Below are positions 42,345 to 52,121 of a stretch of DNA of 64,000 nt, in pieces. Made by a program: the position numbers and the translations under genes. Within the stretch, counting starts at the first letter, position 1. Every line of letters starts with the position of its first letter. Location of the stretch: NCBI GenBank assembly GCA_040386175.1, contig JAZKFY010000001.1:55135-119134 (forward strand), in the 5' to 3' direction. This DNA comes from Patescibacteria group bacterium. Its GTDB lineage: Bacteria > Patescibacteriota > Saccharimonadia > Saccharimonadales > Saccharimonadaceae. A model generated the notes under the pieces. The model saw nothing but the letters and a program-made list of their open reading frames with translations, was not told the origin of the DNA and made no database searches.

Positions 42345-43289
42345 TTAGAAAATTGTCTCAATTGATACGTAATTACCGTTGCTTGGGTCGTTAGCCTTGT
42401 CGTTTCCAATACCACCGTCCAGTGTGTCTATGCCACTTCCGCCATAGAGAATGTCATCGCCGTCATTTCCGTATATCTGGTCACTACCACTCAGTCCGCT
42501 CAATAAGTCGTTGCCTAGGCCTCCACGAAGTGTGTCACTACCCGAGCCACCAATGATATAGTCGACTCCATCATCACCATATAAAATATCTGCACCAGTA
42601 TTACCACAAAGAATATCGTTTCCCGCTCCACCATAAATTATGTTCGCTCCACTACCGGCGTAAATAAGGTCAGGGCCAGATGTTCCCGTTGTTGTAGCGC
42701 CCATACCAGCACCGTGCATAATGTTGTAACCTGATGGTGCGATAGCTTCGTCTTCACAAATATCTTCAATTTGCGCTATCGTGAAGGCTTGGCCAGGAGC
42801 CGGAGGGGTAGGCACTTCCTCTGCGGGTACAGTTGGGATGTCGGTTGCAATACGTCGGCTTTGAATAGTGACGGTTGTATTTGAATTCTCTTCAGAATAC
42901 TGTAGCTGCCAACTTCCGCAGCCCTCATCCACTACACAATCAGCCCCAATGTACGCATACGAATCATCGTCAGTAGCCAAAGTGGCACATTTAACAGACG
43001 AGCTATTTGGAGTCGTCGAAGTTGGAGCAGCGAGTGCGTTACCTTCAATTGCTACTAAACCGCTACTAACAGCAGTAACGTCGCCCTGGAGAGCAGTACA
43101 ACTAGGGTAGGCTCCGTATTTATCAAAATATTTCTCAAGTCGTTCGCTGATTACTCCAATATCTGCTTTTCTTTGAGAGTCACGAGAGTCGGCCTGAAAC
43201 CTACTTAAGCCCAAAACAGCAATAGTGGCTAAAATTCCAATTACCGCAACAACGATGATAATTTCAACAAGACTAAAACCCGAGCGCAT
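42345..43289 (-). CDS. Type IV pilin fused to RTX-type Ca-binding repeats
   Basis: GFSLVEIIIV prepilin motif; GGxGxDxLx nonapeptide repeats; start 43289 or 43298. Confidence 0.88.
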   Translation of the reverse strand: MRSGFSLVEIIIVVAVIGILATIAVLGLSRFQADSRDSQRKADIGVISERLEKYFDKYGAYPSCTALQGDVTAVSSGLVAIEGNALAAPTSTTPNSSSVKCATLATDDDSYAYIGADCVVDEGCGSWQLQYSEENSNTTVTIQSRRIATDIPTVPAEEVPTPPAPGQAFTIAQIEDICEDEAIAPSGYNIMHGAGMGATTTGTSGPDLIYAGSGANIIYGGAGNDILCGNTGADILYGDDGVDYIIGGSGSDTLRGGLGNDLLSGLSGSDQIYGNDGDDILYGGSGIDTLDGGIGNDKANDPSNGNYVSIETIF

Positions 43290-43397
43290 TTTTTTCACTA
43301 TATACCAAGCTTACTCCCGTCAAATAACAAACACAAGCGTTATGGCAGAATGGTATTTTAATAAAGAAAAACTCCCATCTAAATGAGAGATTTTCTT

Positions 43398-43472
43398 TGG
43401 TGGCTCCTCCCAGATTTGAACTGGGGACACAAGGCTCTTCAGGCCTCTGCTCTACCACTGAGCTAAAGAGCC
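43398..43472 (-). tRNA. tRNA-Phe (GAA)
   Basis: Cloverleaf, loop CTGAAGA, GTTCAAATC, CCA. Confidence 0.95.
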
Positions 43473-43544
43473 GCACAGTTTTGAACTTAGTCTATTCTAC
43501 CAGAGGTCGGCATTTCCGACAAGGTTACATCCACACACGAGAAT

Positions 43545-43618
43545 AAAAAAATGAGGAGGGCGGGAGGCCTGGCCAAGTGCTATTACGCACCAACCAAGCA
43601 CTCACCGTCACTCCCTCT
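43545..43618 (-). terminator. Long bulged GC-rich 3' hairpin/terminator
   Basis: gagggag...ggtgc-gtaata-gcact...ccctcctc + T-tract on minus strand. Confidence 0.65.
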
Positions 43619-43632
43619 TGTTGCATCAACGC

Positions 43633-43797
43633 TCAGCTCATTGTCACATTTGCAAAAAATTGCATAACCGTGGGGACGGCATACTCAAGGGTCGCCCAAA
43701 CAGCAACAACCACAAGAATTGCAAACGAGACAAACAGCCCTCTCTCTACCGCAAGCGGTACTCTGTAGGAATAGTGGTCGTCTTCCTGCTTATTCAT
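43633..43797 (-). CDS. Small single-TM orphan protein (54 aa)
   Basis: GAGGAG SD before MNKQE, one hydrophobic helix, own TATAAT promoter and terminator. Confidence 0.65.
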   Translation of the reverse strand: MNKQEDDHYSYRVPLAVERGLFVSFAILVVVAVWATLEYAVPTVMQFFANVTMS

Positions 43798-43945
43798 GGT
43801 GTCTCCTCGGTTTGATTCAAACATGAAACTGCTGATTGATGAAAGCTGCTACGCAATACGTAGAATAATCTACTCGATACATATTACATACGCCTATTAT
43901 ATCCCTGTTGTGAGTGGTTGCACAGTATCAAGGTATAATAGGTAC

Positions 43946-45121
43946 ATGTCCCGAGGTATCCCATTAGCAGAACGTATGCGTCCACACACACTTGATGAAG
44001 TTGTTGGGCAATCTCATTTGTTAGGTGATAAAGAAATTCTTCGTCAAATTGTTAAAAATCGCGAACCTGTAAGTCTTATATTGTGGGGCCCACCCGGTAG
44101 CGGAAAAACCACACTAGCCCGAGTTATCGCCCGCGAGGTTGAAGCGGAGTTTATTGAAATCTCTGCTGTAACTAGTGGCAAAAAAGATGTTGAGCGAATT
44201 GTTGAACATGCCCGTCAAAATTGGAACCTTCAACTTCGAACTGTTTTGTTTGTTGATGAAATTCACCGTTTCAATAAAGCCCAACAAGATGCATTCTTGC
44301 CCCATGTAGAATCTGGTTTAATTACACTTATTGGCGCAACAACCGAAAACCCCAGTTTCGAAGTAATCACTCCCCTTTTAAGCCGTAGCCGCGTACTGGT
44401 ACTTGAACCACTCATAAAAGAAGATATCATTGCTATTCTGAAACATGCTGCAACAGAGGAAAAAGCGACGAAACGTGTTTCCGATGAAGCCCTTGATTAT
44501 ATTGCTGAATTATCTGGTGGCGATGCCCGCGTTGCTTTAGGAAACCTTGAACTAGCATTAAATATGGCCAAAAAAGTTGATGTTGAAGTGGTTAAAACCG
44601 CAGCTCAAAAACGAGTCCCTGGCTACGATAAAAAAGGCGACATGCACTATAACGTCATTTCAGCATTCATTAAAAGTATGCGCGGAAGTAATGTTGATGC
44701 AACATTATATTACCTGGCCCGAATGATTGATGCGGGTGAAGACCCCAAGTTTATTGCACGCCGTATGGTAATCTTCGCTTCTGAAGATATCGGATTAGCT
44801 GGGAATGGGGCTCTTGGGTTAGCCCTCAATGCTTTTCAGGGCGTAGAACGTGTAGGTATGCCAGAATCAAGCTATATACTTTTTCACGTTGCAACAGCCC
44901 TCGCAAAATCTGAAAAATCTCGCGCCACAACCACTGCTATGAATAATGCACAGCGGCTTGCCAAACAATACCCAGACGCGCCCGTTCCACTCCATTTACG
45001 CAATGCCCCAACAAAACTAATGAAAGACCTTGATTACGGAAAAGGGTATAAATGGGAAGCAGACTTTCAGCACGAAAAAGGTTTCTTGCCAAAAGAGTTA
45101 AAGGATGAGAAGATTTTTTAA
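43946..45121 (+). CDS. rarA: Replication-associated recombination protein A
   Basis: [44 protein letters not shown]. Confidence 0.96.
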   Translation: MSRGIPLAERMRPHTLDEVVGQSHLLGDKEILRQIVKNREPVSLILWGPPGSGKTTLARVIAREVEAEFIEISAVTSGKKDVERIVEHARQNWNLQLRTVLFVDEIHRFNKAQQDAFLPHVESGLITLIGATTENPSFEVITPLLSRSRVLVLEPLIKEDIIAILKHAATEEKATKRVSDEALDYIAELSGGDARVALGNLELALNMAKKVDVEVVKTAAQKRVPGYDKKGDMHYNVISAFIKSMRGSNVDATLYYLARMIDAGEDPKFIARRMVIFASEDIGLAGNGALGLALNAFQGVERVGMPESSYILFHVATALAKSEKSRATTTAMNNAQRLAKQYPDAPVPLHLRNAPTKLMKDLDYGKGYKWEADFQHEKGFLPKELKDEKIF

Positions 45122-45693
45122 TGGTTGAGTGGGCTGAGGTTATACGGGTTATTGGTGCGGTTATATTAATAGCCCTACTTGTAATGAGTGGCTTTATTAT
45201 TGCTAAGCGACCAATCGGCAAGAATGCCTCACTAAGCCTTCATTTTGGTACACATCGCGATACGTATTTTTTGATGGCGCTATTTCTTACGTTCGGCGGG
45301 GCATTATTCTATTCGTTCATATGGTTTTGGCTTATACCTACCTACAACCTGCCCGCAGTCACCTATTTATTATTAATTATTTCTTATGGTGCACAACTCA
45401 TCATGTCTTGGGTTCCAGCAAGTGCTACAAATAGCCGCTTCCAAGCGATCCATCAACTAGCTGCAACTATTGTTGGTATTTCTATGATAATTTTCCTCAT
45501 ACTATTGAGTTTTTATGCATCGAATCTACCTGATATCTCAGCTTTATTTATTCAAATTGGTACAGCCCTAACAATAATTAGTCTCGTTTTATATGCGCTG
45601 ATTAAGAAGTTACACAATTACCTGCTCATCTTCGAGTCACTTTTTATTGCGTTCTTTTGTGTAGCTATGTTGCTACTCGTGGTGAAGATCTAA
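45121..45693 (+). CDS. Multi-pass membrane protein
   Basis: ~6 TM, coupled to rarA stop. Confidence 0.7.
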   Translation: MVEWAEVIRVIGAVILIALLVMSGFIIAKRPIGKNASLSLHFGTHRDTYFLMALFLTFGGALFYSFIWFWLIPTYNLPAVTYLLLIISYGAQLIMSWVPASATNSRFQAIHQLAATIVGISMIIFLILLSFYASNLPDISALFIQIGTALTIISLVLYALIKKLHNYLLIFESLFIAFFCVAMLLLVVKI

Positions 45694-47279
45694 CCTCTAA
45701 AGTTACGCTTCAGAGCTTCGTAAACTCCATTCGTCCAACCGAATCCATCCTGCAATACATATTCTCCACCGCCACCTAAACCATCGTCACTTTCAACATT
45801 GTATTTCTCAACAAATTTTTGTGATTGCGCATATACCTTTTCATTCAGTTCAACCCATCGGCTGGCAATTTCATCAGCTAAATCATTGTGACCATAATTA
45901 CGAAGTCCTTTAATGGCTACCCATTGCAATGGCGCCCAACCATTCGGTGAGTCCCATTGTTGACCGTTTTCAATGAGCGTTGTTACTAATCCGCCAGGCT
46001 GGAGGAAGTCTTTCCTGATAACATCGGCGACCTTATCAGCTTGTTCTTGTGTTGCAAGGTTAACAAATAATGGAAATACCCCTGCTAAACTTGTGACGCT
46101 CGTATGAGCACTGTGATGGAAATTAAAGTCTTTATAAAAACCTTCTTCTTCACTCCATAAATAGTCTTGAATTGCTTGCTTACGCACTTTGGCTTTTTGC
46201 CTATATTGCCGAGCTTTAATGAGGTTGAATGACGCTTTGTAGGCATCGGCAATTGTTGTTTCTAAATGATATAACAAACTGTTTAAGTCGATTGGAATAA
46301 TATCGGCTGTGTGAATTGTCTTAATATCCATTGGATCCAAGAACCAACGTGAGCTAAAATCCCAACCAGATTCTGCAGCTGCCCGTAAGTGAAGATACAA
46401 TCGTCTATTATCTACTCGGCCAGATAGTTCAGCGGTTTCAATATCTTCTTTTAAAGATTCCGGGCGTGGAGTTGATTTGTTATCGTAATATCGGTTTAGC
46501 AAAGATCCATCGGGCATCTCGGCAAGCCTTCGATACGCACGGTGTTCAGTAGCGGCAAGTTTCGGCTTACCCTTCATCCAAAAACGGTACTCGGCAGTTA
46601 GGTACGGCAAGTATTCACGTAATACTTGTTTACCTTTCTGATTTGCAAGCAGTTCAACCATATGTGAAAAGAATGGCGGTTGTGAACGGCTTAATAAATA
46701 TGACCGATTCGCTGTTGGAATGTACCCATACTTACGAATTTGGTAAGTATAATTTTTCATCATACCTTCAATAGGTCGCCATCGTTTACTTGAAGCTAGT
46801 CCAAGCATAATGAAATACGTGTCCCAATAGAACTGTTCGTTGAAACGCCCACCCGGAACAATATATTTATAAGGCAATGCTAATAATGAGCCTCGACTCA
46901 CTCGATTGCGTCGCTCTAGGAAAGTCCAAAGTTCATCAATATGCTCGAGTGGTGTGTGGTCGGGGCTACTTTCGTACACACGCTGATATACACCTTCAGT
47001 CGCATCATAAAAATGACGCGTTACAAAATCACGTAAGTCAAAATCGGGGTCTTTTTTTAGAAGTTTATATTCTTCTTTTATAGAACTTAATCGACGGCCT
47101 GGCACCAAGTCAACAAATGTTTTTCCGTCGCCATACACATTCATTTTCTGAACATCAAGTAATAATTCGCCGAGGCTTTCGTCGACGTCCTTACCACTTT
47201 TCAAAAGAATTCCAGTCGTCTTTACTAATGCCGATTTAATCGGGTCAGTAATTGGATCTGTGTTTATTTTTTTAACCAT
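45690..47279 (-). CDS. Alpha,alpha-trehalase (GH37, TreA/TreF-like)
   Basis: PGGRF.E.FYWD, RSQPP, AESGWDFSSRW, QWDSPNGWAPLQ, QDGFGWTNG. Confidence 0.95.
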   Translation of the reverse strand: MVKKINTDPITDPIKSALVKTTGILLKSGKDVDESLGELLLDVQKMNVYGDGKTFVDLVPGRRLSSIKEEYKLLKKDPDFDLRDFVTRHFYDATEGVYQRVYESSPDHTPLEHIDELWTFLERRNRVSRGSLLALPYKYIVPGGRFNEQFYWDTYFIMLGLASSKRWRPIEGMMKNYTYQIRKYGYIPTANRSYLLSRSQPPFFSHMVELLANQKGKQVLREYLPYLTAEYRFWMKGKPKLAATEHRAYRRLAEMPDGSLLNRYYDNKSTPRPESLKEDIETAELSGRVDNRRLYLHLRAAAESGWDFSSRWFLDPMDIKTIHTADIIPIDLNSLLYHLETTIADAYKASFNLIKARQYRQKAKVRKQAIQDYLWSEEEGFYKDFNFHHSAHTSVTSLAGVFPLFVNLATQEQADKVADVIRKDFLQPGGLVTTLIENGQQWDSPNGWAPLQWVAIKGLRNYGHNDLADEIASRWVELNEKVYAQSQKFVEKYNVESDDGLGGGGEYVLQDGFGWTNGVYEALKRNFRG

Positions 47280-47317
47280 ACTCTCACTAGTATAGACTCC
47301 CAGATACTAGTGAACAA

Positions 47318-48055
47318 CTACTTATTGTCAGGTTCTACGTATTCCTTGTATTCGAATACTAACCAGTCTGGGCCAAGGGTGCTGTTGATAGGTAAATATG
47401 CTCGCTCATGCGAAGCTGTTAATACAATTGGACGGATAGCAGGGTGGTTCCGTTCACTTTTCGCCTCGAAAGCTATAAGTCGACCCGTAATTGGGCCTTC
47501 GGGTGTTTTTGCAATTACCCAAGGTTTATTAGTTTTAATCAAAGCGATTTGTTTGTTTAAGTCATTAACGAGTTGGTGAGCGCGCTCAGCAGCTCTTCGA
47601 TGTATAATTCCACCAATGCCCAATATCGCATCTTGTTCTAAGCTTGTACGAAATTCGTGTTCATCGCCTGGAGTAATTTCATTTAGCCGTGCTTTCAATA
47701 CGTCCAGCGCTTCGAGGGCTTTAGTACAGGCGCCAATCTTAAACTCTGGTTTTTCTTCATCAATAGTTAGTGGATAATCTGGATAGTCATCGTTCGTAAG
47801 AGCAGCTAGATCGTGAACAGCAAGGTAATTACCAGTTTCTGGTTCAACGCTATCAATTCCTCGAAGCTCAACAAGTGCGTCTGTTGGTATGGCTGTTACA
47901 GTATCAATTTTAGCGTCGAAACCTACTGACATCCGGCCATAGTACAACCGTACGCCATGAAAGTCGGAAGCTGGATGTTCAACTTCTGGATTTAACCAAT
48001 CATTCACCTCTTCTTCGATTAATAACACTCCGTCTTCACGGTCAATCATACTCAT
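47318..48055 (-). CDS. Hypothetical acidic protein
   Basis: 245-aa ORF with GAGGAG SD and TTGCAC-17-TATCCT promoter. Confidence 0.7.
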   Translation of the reverse strand: MSMIDREDGVLLIEEEVNDWLNPEVEHPASDFHGVRLYYGRMSVGFDAKIDTVTAIPTDALVELRGIDSVEPETGNYLAVHDLAALTNDDYPDYPLTIDEEKPEFKIGACTKALEALDVLKARLNEITPGDEHEFRTSLEQDAILGIGGIIHRRAAERAHQLVNDLNKQIALIKTNKPWVIAKTPEGPITGRLIAFEAKSERNHPAIRPIVLTASHERAYLPINSTLGPDWLVFEYKEYVEPDNK

Positions 48056-48126
48056 AAACAGCAGGCTCCTCGTTGATAGTTAATTCAAGGATACGGCTTT
48101 GTTAATAAGAGTGCAAGTGTAAGCGA

Positions 48127-49944
48127 TTATTTATTGCGTTTGCGTTGGTTAGGATCGAGGAATCGCTTACGAAGACGAACACTCTTTGGTGTTACTTCGA
48201 GAAGTTCATCGTCTTCAAGGAAGTCGATAGATTGCTCAAGGCTTAGGTCGGTAAATGGAGTCAATTGAATTGTTCCATCGCTTGATGAAGTACGCATGTT
48301 AGTAAGTTGCTTACCACGACAAACGTTAACATCGAGGTCACCTGAACGGTTGTAAAGACCAACGATCATACCTTGGTATACGGTTGTGCCTGGACCAACA
48401 TAAAGTGTTCCGCGAGCAGCAGCGTTATCAAGTGCGAAAGCAGTTGTTGAACCTGCTTCAGTAGCAATAAGCGCACCGTTACGAAGTTGTTGCAGTTTCG
48501 CACCAAGTGGTTGGTAACCATGAGGCAAGCTGTTCATGATGATAGTACCCTTAGTAGCGGTCATAAGAATGTTGCGAAGGCCAATCATTGCACGAGTAGG
48601 AATAATGAAGGTAACGCGTGTTGCGCCAGAAGCCGTTTGTTCTTGCTTAAGAGTAGTTGCACGGCGTGCACCCATTTCTTGGCTAACAGCACCGAGGAAT
48701 TCACCACCAACTTCAACAAGAAGTTCTTCAACAGGTTCTTTTGTAACGCCATCTTCTTCGATAGTTACGGCTTGAGGTCGTCCAACTTCAAATTCGTAGT
48801 CTTCACGACGGAGTGTTTCGATAAGAACTGAAAGGTGAAGTTCACCACGTCCAGAAACAACAAATCCAATACCTTCGTCACGTACACGAAGTGATACGTT
48901 GGTTTCAAGTTCTTGTTGTAGACGGTCACCAATTTGGCGACTTGTGTTGTACTTCGCTTCTTTACCCTTAAGTGGGCTTGTGTTTGGACCAAGGTACATA
49001 CTAAGTGTTGGTGCCTCAACATCGATAACTGGAAGAGCTTCAGGGTTTTCTTTGTCAGCAAGTGTTTCACCAATGTGAGCATCGCCAATACCAGTGATGG
49101 CAACAATGTCACCCGCACCAGCTTCTTCGATTTCTTCACGAGTAAGACCACGGTAACCAAATACTTTATCGATCTTAGAGGCAACAATGTTACCTTCTCG
49201 CTTCATAAGTACAATTCCTTGGCCTTTTTTGATTGTTCCACGAGTAATACGACCAATTGCGTACTTACCTTGGAAAGTATCGTATGCAAGTGAAGTAACA
49301 AGCATTTGGAATGGCTTGTCGATTTCAACTGTAGGTGCAGGAATATCATTGATGATTGCGTCAAAGATTGGAGTAAGGTCGGTGTGTTCAGCAGGGTTAT
49401 CAGGAAGTGATGTCCATGCTTTACCTTCACGGCCGATTGCGTAGTACACAGGGTAGTGTAGTTGATCGTCGCTAATAGCAAGTTCCAAGAAGAGGTCAGA
49501 AACTTCGTCAATCACTTCGTCGATACGACGAGATGGCTTGTCGATTTTGTTAATAACAACAACTGGCTTCAAACCAAGTTCAAGTGCCTTAGAAAGTACG
49601 AACTTAGTTTGTGGCATTGGACCTTCTTGAGCGTCAACAATAAGAAGTACACCGTCGGCCATGTTGAGAGTACGTTCAACTTCACCAGAGAAGTCAGCGT
49701 GTCCCGGAGTGTCAATAATGTTAATTTTGTAGTCACCGTGATAAACAGAAGTCTGCTTAGCGGTAATAGTAATTCCACGTTCGTGCTCTTGGTCGCCACT
49801 GTCCATAATAAGGGACTGGTCCATTTCAGCTTGGTTAGAACGGAAAGTGTTACTTTGTTTTAATAGGCCATCAAGAAGCGTCGTCTTTCCGTGGTCGACG
49901 TGAGCGATGATAGCAACGTTGCGAATCTGGTTTGGGTCTTTCAT
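48127..49944 (-). CDS. typA: Translational GTPase TypA/BipA
   Basis: AHVDHGKTT, DTPGHADF, GRGELHL; start set at MKDPN. Confidence 0.97.
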   Translation of the reverse strand: MKDPNQIRNVAIIAHVDHGKTTLLDGLLKQSNTFRSNQAEMDQSLIMDSGDQEHERGITITAKQTSVYHGDYKINIIDTPGHADFSGEVERTLNMADGVLLIVDAQEGPMPQTKFVLSKALELGLKPVVVINKIDKPSRRIDEVIDEVSDLFLELAISDDQLHYPVYYAIGREGKAWTSLPDNPAEHTDLTPIFDAIINDIPAPTVEIDKPFQMLVTSLAYDTFQGKYAIGRITRGTIKKGQGIVLMKREGNIVASKIDKVFGYRGLTREEIEEAGAGDIVAITGIGDAHIGETLADKENPEALPVIDVEAPTLSMYLGPNTSPLKGKEAKYNTSRQIGDRLQQELETNVSLRVRDEGIGFVVSGRGELHLSVLIETLRREDYEFEVGRPQAVTIEEDGVTKEPVEELLVEVGGEFLGAVSQEMGARRATTLKQEQTASGATRVTFIIPTRAMIGLRNILMTATKGTIIMNSLPHGYQPLGAKLQQLRNGALIATEAGSTTAFALDNAAARGTLYVGPGTTVYQGMIVGLYNRSGDLDVNVCRGKQLTNMRTSSSDGTIQLTPFTDLSLEQSIDFLEDDELLEVTPKSVRLRKRFLDPNQRKRNK

Positions 49945-50170
49945 AATTGGTTCCTTAATTTTGCCAACGGGTCGTCTCGGAAATAAAAGCAAGCTTTTAG
50001 TTCCCTCGTCTTACCGCTGTCATAAAAATATGCCCACATTTCGGGGCTTCCTTATCTGTAATAGTAACATAGATTTGGCTTTTAAGCAATGGTTGGTGAC
50101 CCACCGAATATCTTACCCTAGAGAGGTTTCCGTGCTAAAATTAAGATAATTTTAAAGATAAGGATATCCA

Positions 50171-50428
50171 ATGACCGAAACCAGCACACAAATTACCCCA
50201 GAAACAGATAAAACATTGAAACTTGTAGCATTTGTTTTCAACCTTATTAGCACTATTTCAATTGGTTGGACTATTATTCCACTTGCTTGGATGATCCCGA
50301 TGACTATTATTTCTTACGGCATTTATAAGGGCACAAAAAAGAATACTGTTACTTTTGGCGTATGTACCCTCATCTTCGTGAGCCTTGTTGGAGGAATCCT
50401 TCTGCTCGTTGCTAAAAAAGACGACTAA
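50171..50428 (+). CDS. Small membrane protein
   Basis: IPLAWMIPMT motif, 2-3 TM. Confidence 0.75.
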   Translation: MTETSTQITPETDKTLKLVAFVFNLISTISIGWTIIPLAWMIPMTIISYGIYKGTKKNTVTFGVCTLIFVSLVGGILLLVAKKDD

Positions 50429-50446
50429 TTTCCATCTAATCTAAAT

Positions 50447-50512
50447 AAAAGGAACCCGCTTCCGCGGGTGAAGGGCTCGAACGAGGAGCTCTCTTCACCC
50501 ACGGCTGCGGGT
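50447..50512 (-). repeat. Conserved 3' hairpin/terminator, copy A
   Basis: acccgc..gggtgaag-agagctc..gagcc-cttcaccc-gcggaagcgggttcctttt; homologous to 51396..51461. Confidence 0.85.
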
Positions 50513-50544
50513 CATACTGGGATGGGCTACGTGAGCTCGTCCGG

Positions 50545-50874
50545 TTATTCGGAGGGCGGGGCGGTAGCCTGGGGCTGGCGACCCTGCAGCTCGAAGATTG
50601 CCTCCTCCAGAGCACTCTTCGCCGCTTCCACTTCGCGTTGGCAGCGAAGCACCGCCACGAGCTGATCGATCTTGTCGGCTCGAAGCCCCCACCAGTGCTC
50701 CCATGGAGTCACCACCACAGGTGCATGCTGGTAACCCAACCTCTTGACTAGCTCCTGTGCAACGACATCATGCGAAAGGTCAATGACCTCATACTCGATG
50801 CCGGCGGACTCGAGCGCCCGATAGTTAGCAGTGCATGCAACACTCCCCGGCATAGTGTAGACAACAATTGTCAC
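50545..50874 (-). CDS. NrdH-like glutaredoxin, active site SxxC instead of CxxC, with C-terminal extension
   Basis: MTIVVYTMPGSVAC...LGYQHAPVVV...HWWGLRADKI follows the actinobacterial NrdH pattern; GTG start overlapping upstream TGA. Confidence 0.82.
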   Translation of the reverse strand: MTIVVYTMPGSVACTANYRALESAGIEYEVIDLSHDVVAQELVKRLGYQHAPVVVTPWEHWWGLRADKIDQLVAVLRCQREVEAAKSALEEAIFELQGRQPQATAPPSE

Positions 50875-51185
50875 TTCTTCACCTCGTTGTCGATCGCGAC
50901 TCTTGGGTGGAGTGTGACGACCGTCCCTATCATGACAATGATGAACCAGTAGTCGTTCACGTTCGTCACTGTGTAGGTGAGCCCGACCACCGCATGCGCA
51001 CCCATCTTGCTGGCCTTTACCGCAATATCTGTGACGAGTTTGGCCATGGCATCGCCTACATCATTGTTAGATCTCCGGTTCACCGTAGTGTCCAAGATGA
51101 TTGTTTCCACGTAGTCCGCGATCTCACGACCCGGGCAAGTGTCCGTGGTAACCACCATCACCGACTCGGTTTCTGTTGACGACAT
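50871..51185 (-). CDS. YbjQ/UPF0145-like protein
   Basis: VVTTDTCPGREI...A..MGAHAVVGL.Y...GTVV pattern. Confidence 0.75.
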   Translation of the reverse strand: MSSTETESVMVVTTDTCPGREIADYVETIILDTTVNRRSNNDVGDAMAKLVTDIAVKASKMGAHAVVGLTYTVTNVNDYWFIIVMIGTVVTLHPRVAIDNEVKK

Positions 51186-51206
51186 ACTTCACCTTCTTTC
51201 GGTTTT

Positions 51207-51326
51207 GCAGGCAATCGCCTGACTGCCTGCACGGTGCAGGGATCCGGACTCAGAATGAGTCGAGAGCTCTACACCGCCAAAGGTGACTGATATTAGTTAT
51301 GAAGGAACTTGATGTGTGTTGCAAGC
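51207..51326 (-). ncRNA. Conserved structured 5' leader (with promoter), copy A
   Basis: Four consecutive hairpins; homologous to 51863..51979. Confidence 0.7.
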
Positions 51327-51395
51327 GTAAGTGGAAACAATGATAAACACGCCTACTCCATCACCGACTCCAACAGATGGACATACTCAAGAACT

Positions 51396-51461
51396 AAAAG
51401 AACCCGCTTCCGCGGGTGGAGGGCTCAGCAAGGAGCTCTCTCCACCCGTCGGGTGCGGGTT
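51396..51461 (-). repeat. Conserved 3' hairpin/terminator, copy B
   Basis: Same fold as copy A with compensatory change gggtgGag/ctCcaccc. Confidence 0.85.
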
Positions 51462-51479
51462 TGTGCGGCGACGATGATC

Positions 51480-51839
51480 TCAGAGGTCGTAGTCAAACGC
51501 GCCAGAGCGGTCTCTGACCGTGACTTTGCCGGTGTACTCGTCGCCGACGATCTCAGGATCGAAGTGCACACTGTGGAGTGTCTGTCCGGACAGGTGACCG
51601 TTGACGTGGGTGCCGCCGGCCGACCGTAGCCGAGAGTTGAAGTTCCCCGTGTAGCCGAGACCATCGGGGTTGAGCTCTCGGATGTTCTGACCCCGAAGCG
51701 CGGGCGCCTCGATGTCGAACGAAACTGCCTTCTCCTGGCCGTCCACGTTTTGCCACTTCGATCCGGTGTGCGCTTGAAATGCACCCCGGATCTCGGTGGC
51801 AACCGTGTCAGCGAGTGTTCCCAGCTCACGAAAATCCAT
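51480..51839 (-). CDS. GC-rich orphan protein (119 aa)
   Basis: AGGAGAGGA SD 8 nt before MDFRELG; G/C-ending codons; the longer track ORF start runs through the conserved leader. Confidence 0.75.
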   Translation of the reverse strand: MDFRELGTLADTVATEIRGAFQAHTGSKWQNVDGQEKAVSFDIEAPALRGQNIRELNPDGLGYTGNFNSRLRSAGGTHVNGHLSGQTLHSVHFDPEIVGDEYTGKVTVRDRSGAFDYDL

Positions 51840-51862
51840 GAAGCCATTCCTCTCCTGCTGTT

Positions 51863-51979
51863 GGGCGTGTTGCCCGTTGCCTGCACGGTGCAGGGATCCA
51901 GACTCTGACGAGTCGAGATCTCCGCACCGTATGAGGTGACCGACATTAGTTATGAATGAAGTTGTCGTATGTTGCAAGC
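51863..51979 (-). ncRNA. Conserved structured 5' leader (with promoter), copy B
   Basis: Shares a 22-nt identical core tgcctgcacggtgcagggatcc and the stems of copy A. Confidence 0.7.
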
Positions 51980-52121
51980 ATATACAGAATCGAAGCCAGA
52001 ATGAGATAACCCCACGCCTAAATATTATATTTCACCCCCAAACGAGTTTTAGGCGTTCAGACAAATAAAAAGCCACCGTCTATATATGGTGACTTAATTC
52101 AATACAGTTGTCATAATTTCT

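Noticed and set aside
49945-50070. Possible structured typA leader
   Set aside because: Only short stems are visible; insufficient support.
51340-51477. Short + strand ORF MINTPTPSPTPTDG... between the two units
   Set aside because: Reads into the antisense of the hairpin; could be a disrupted gene remnant but is unsupported.
51425-51977. Long overlapping ORFs (51425..51946 -, 51309..51629 +, and the 5' extension of 51480..51977)
   Set aside because: By-products of high GC; they run through the conserved leader or hairpin. The SD supports the 51839 start only.
50447-51979. Interpretation as integron attC cassettes or an IS/MITE
   Set aside because: I found no clear attC core-site pairs, terminal inverted repeats or target duplications, and no integrase or transposase; the 5' and 3' elements are different sequences with RNA-like covariation.
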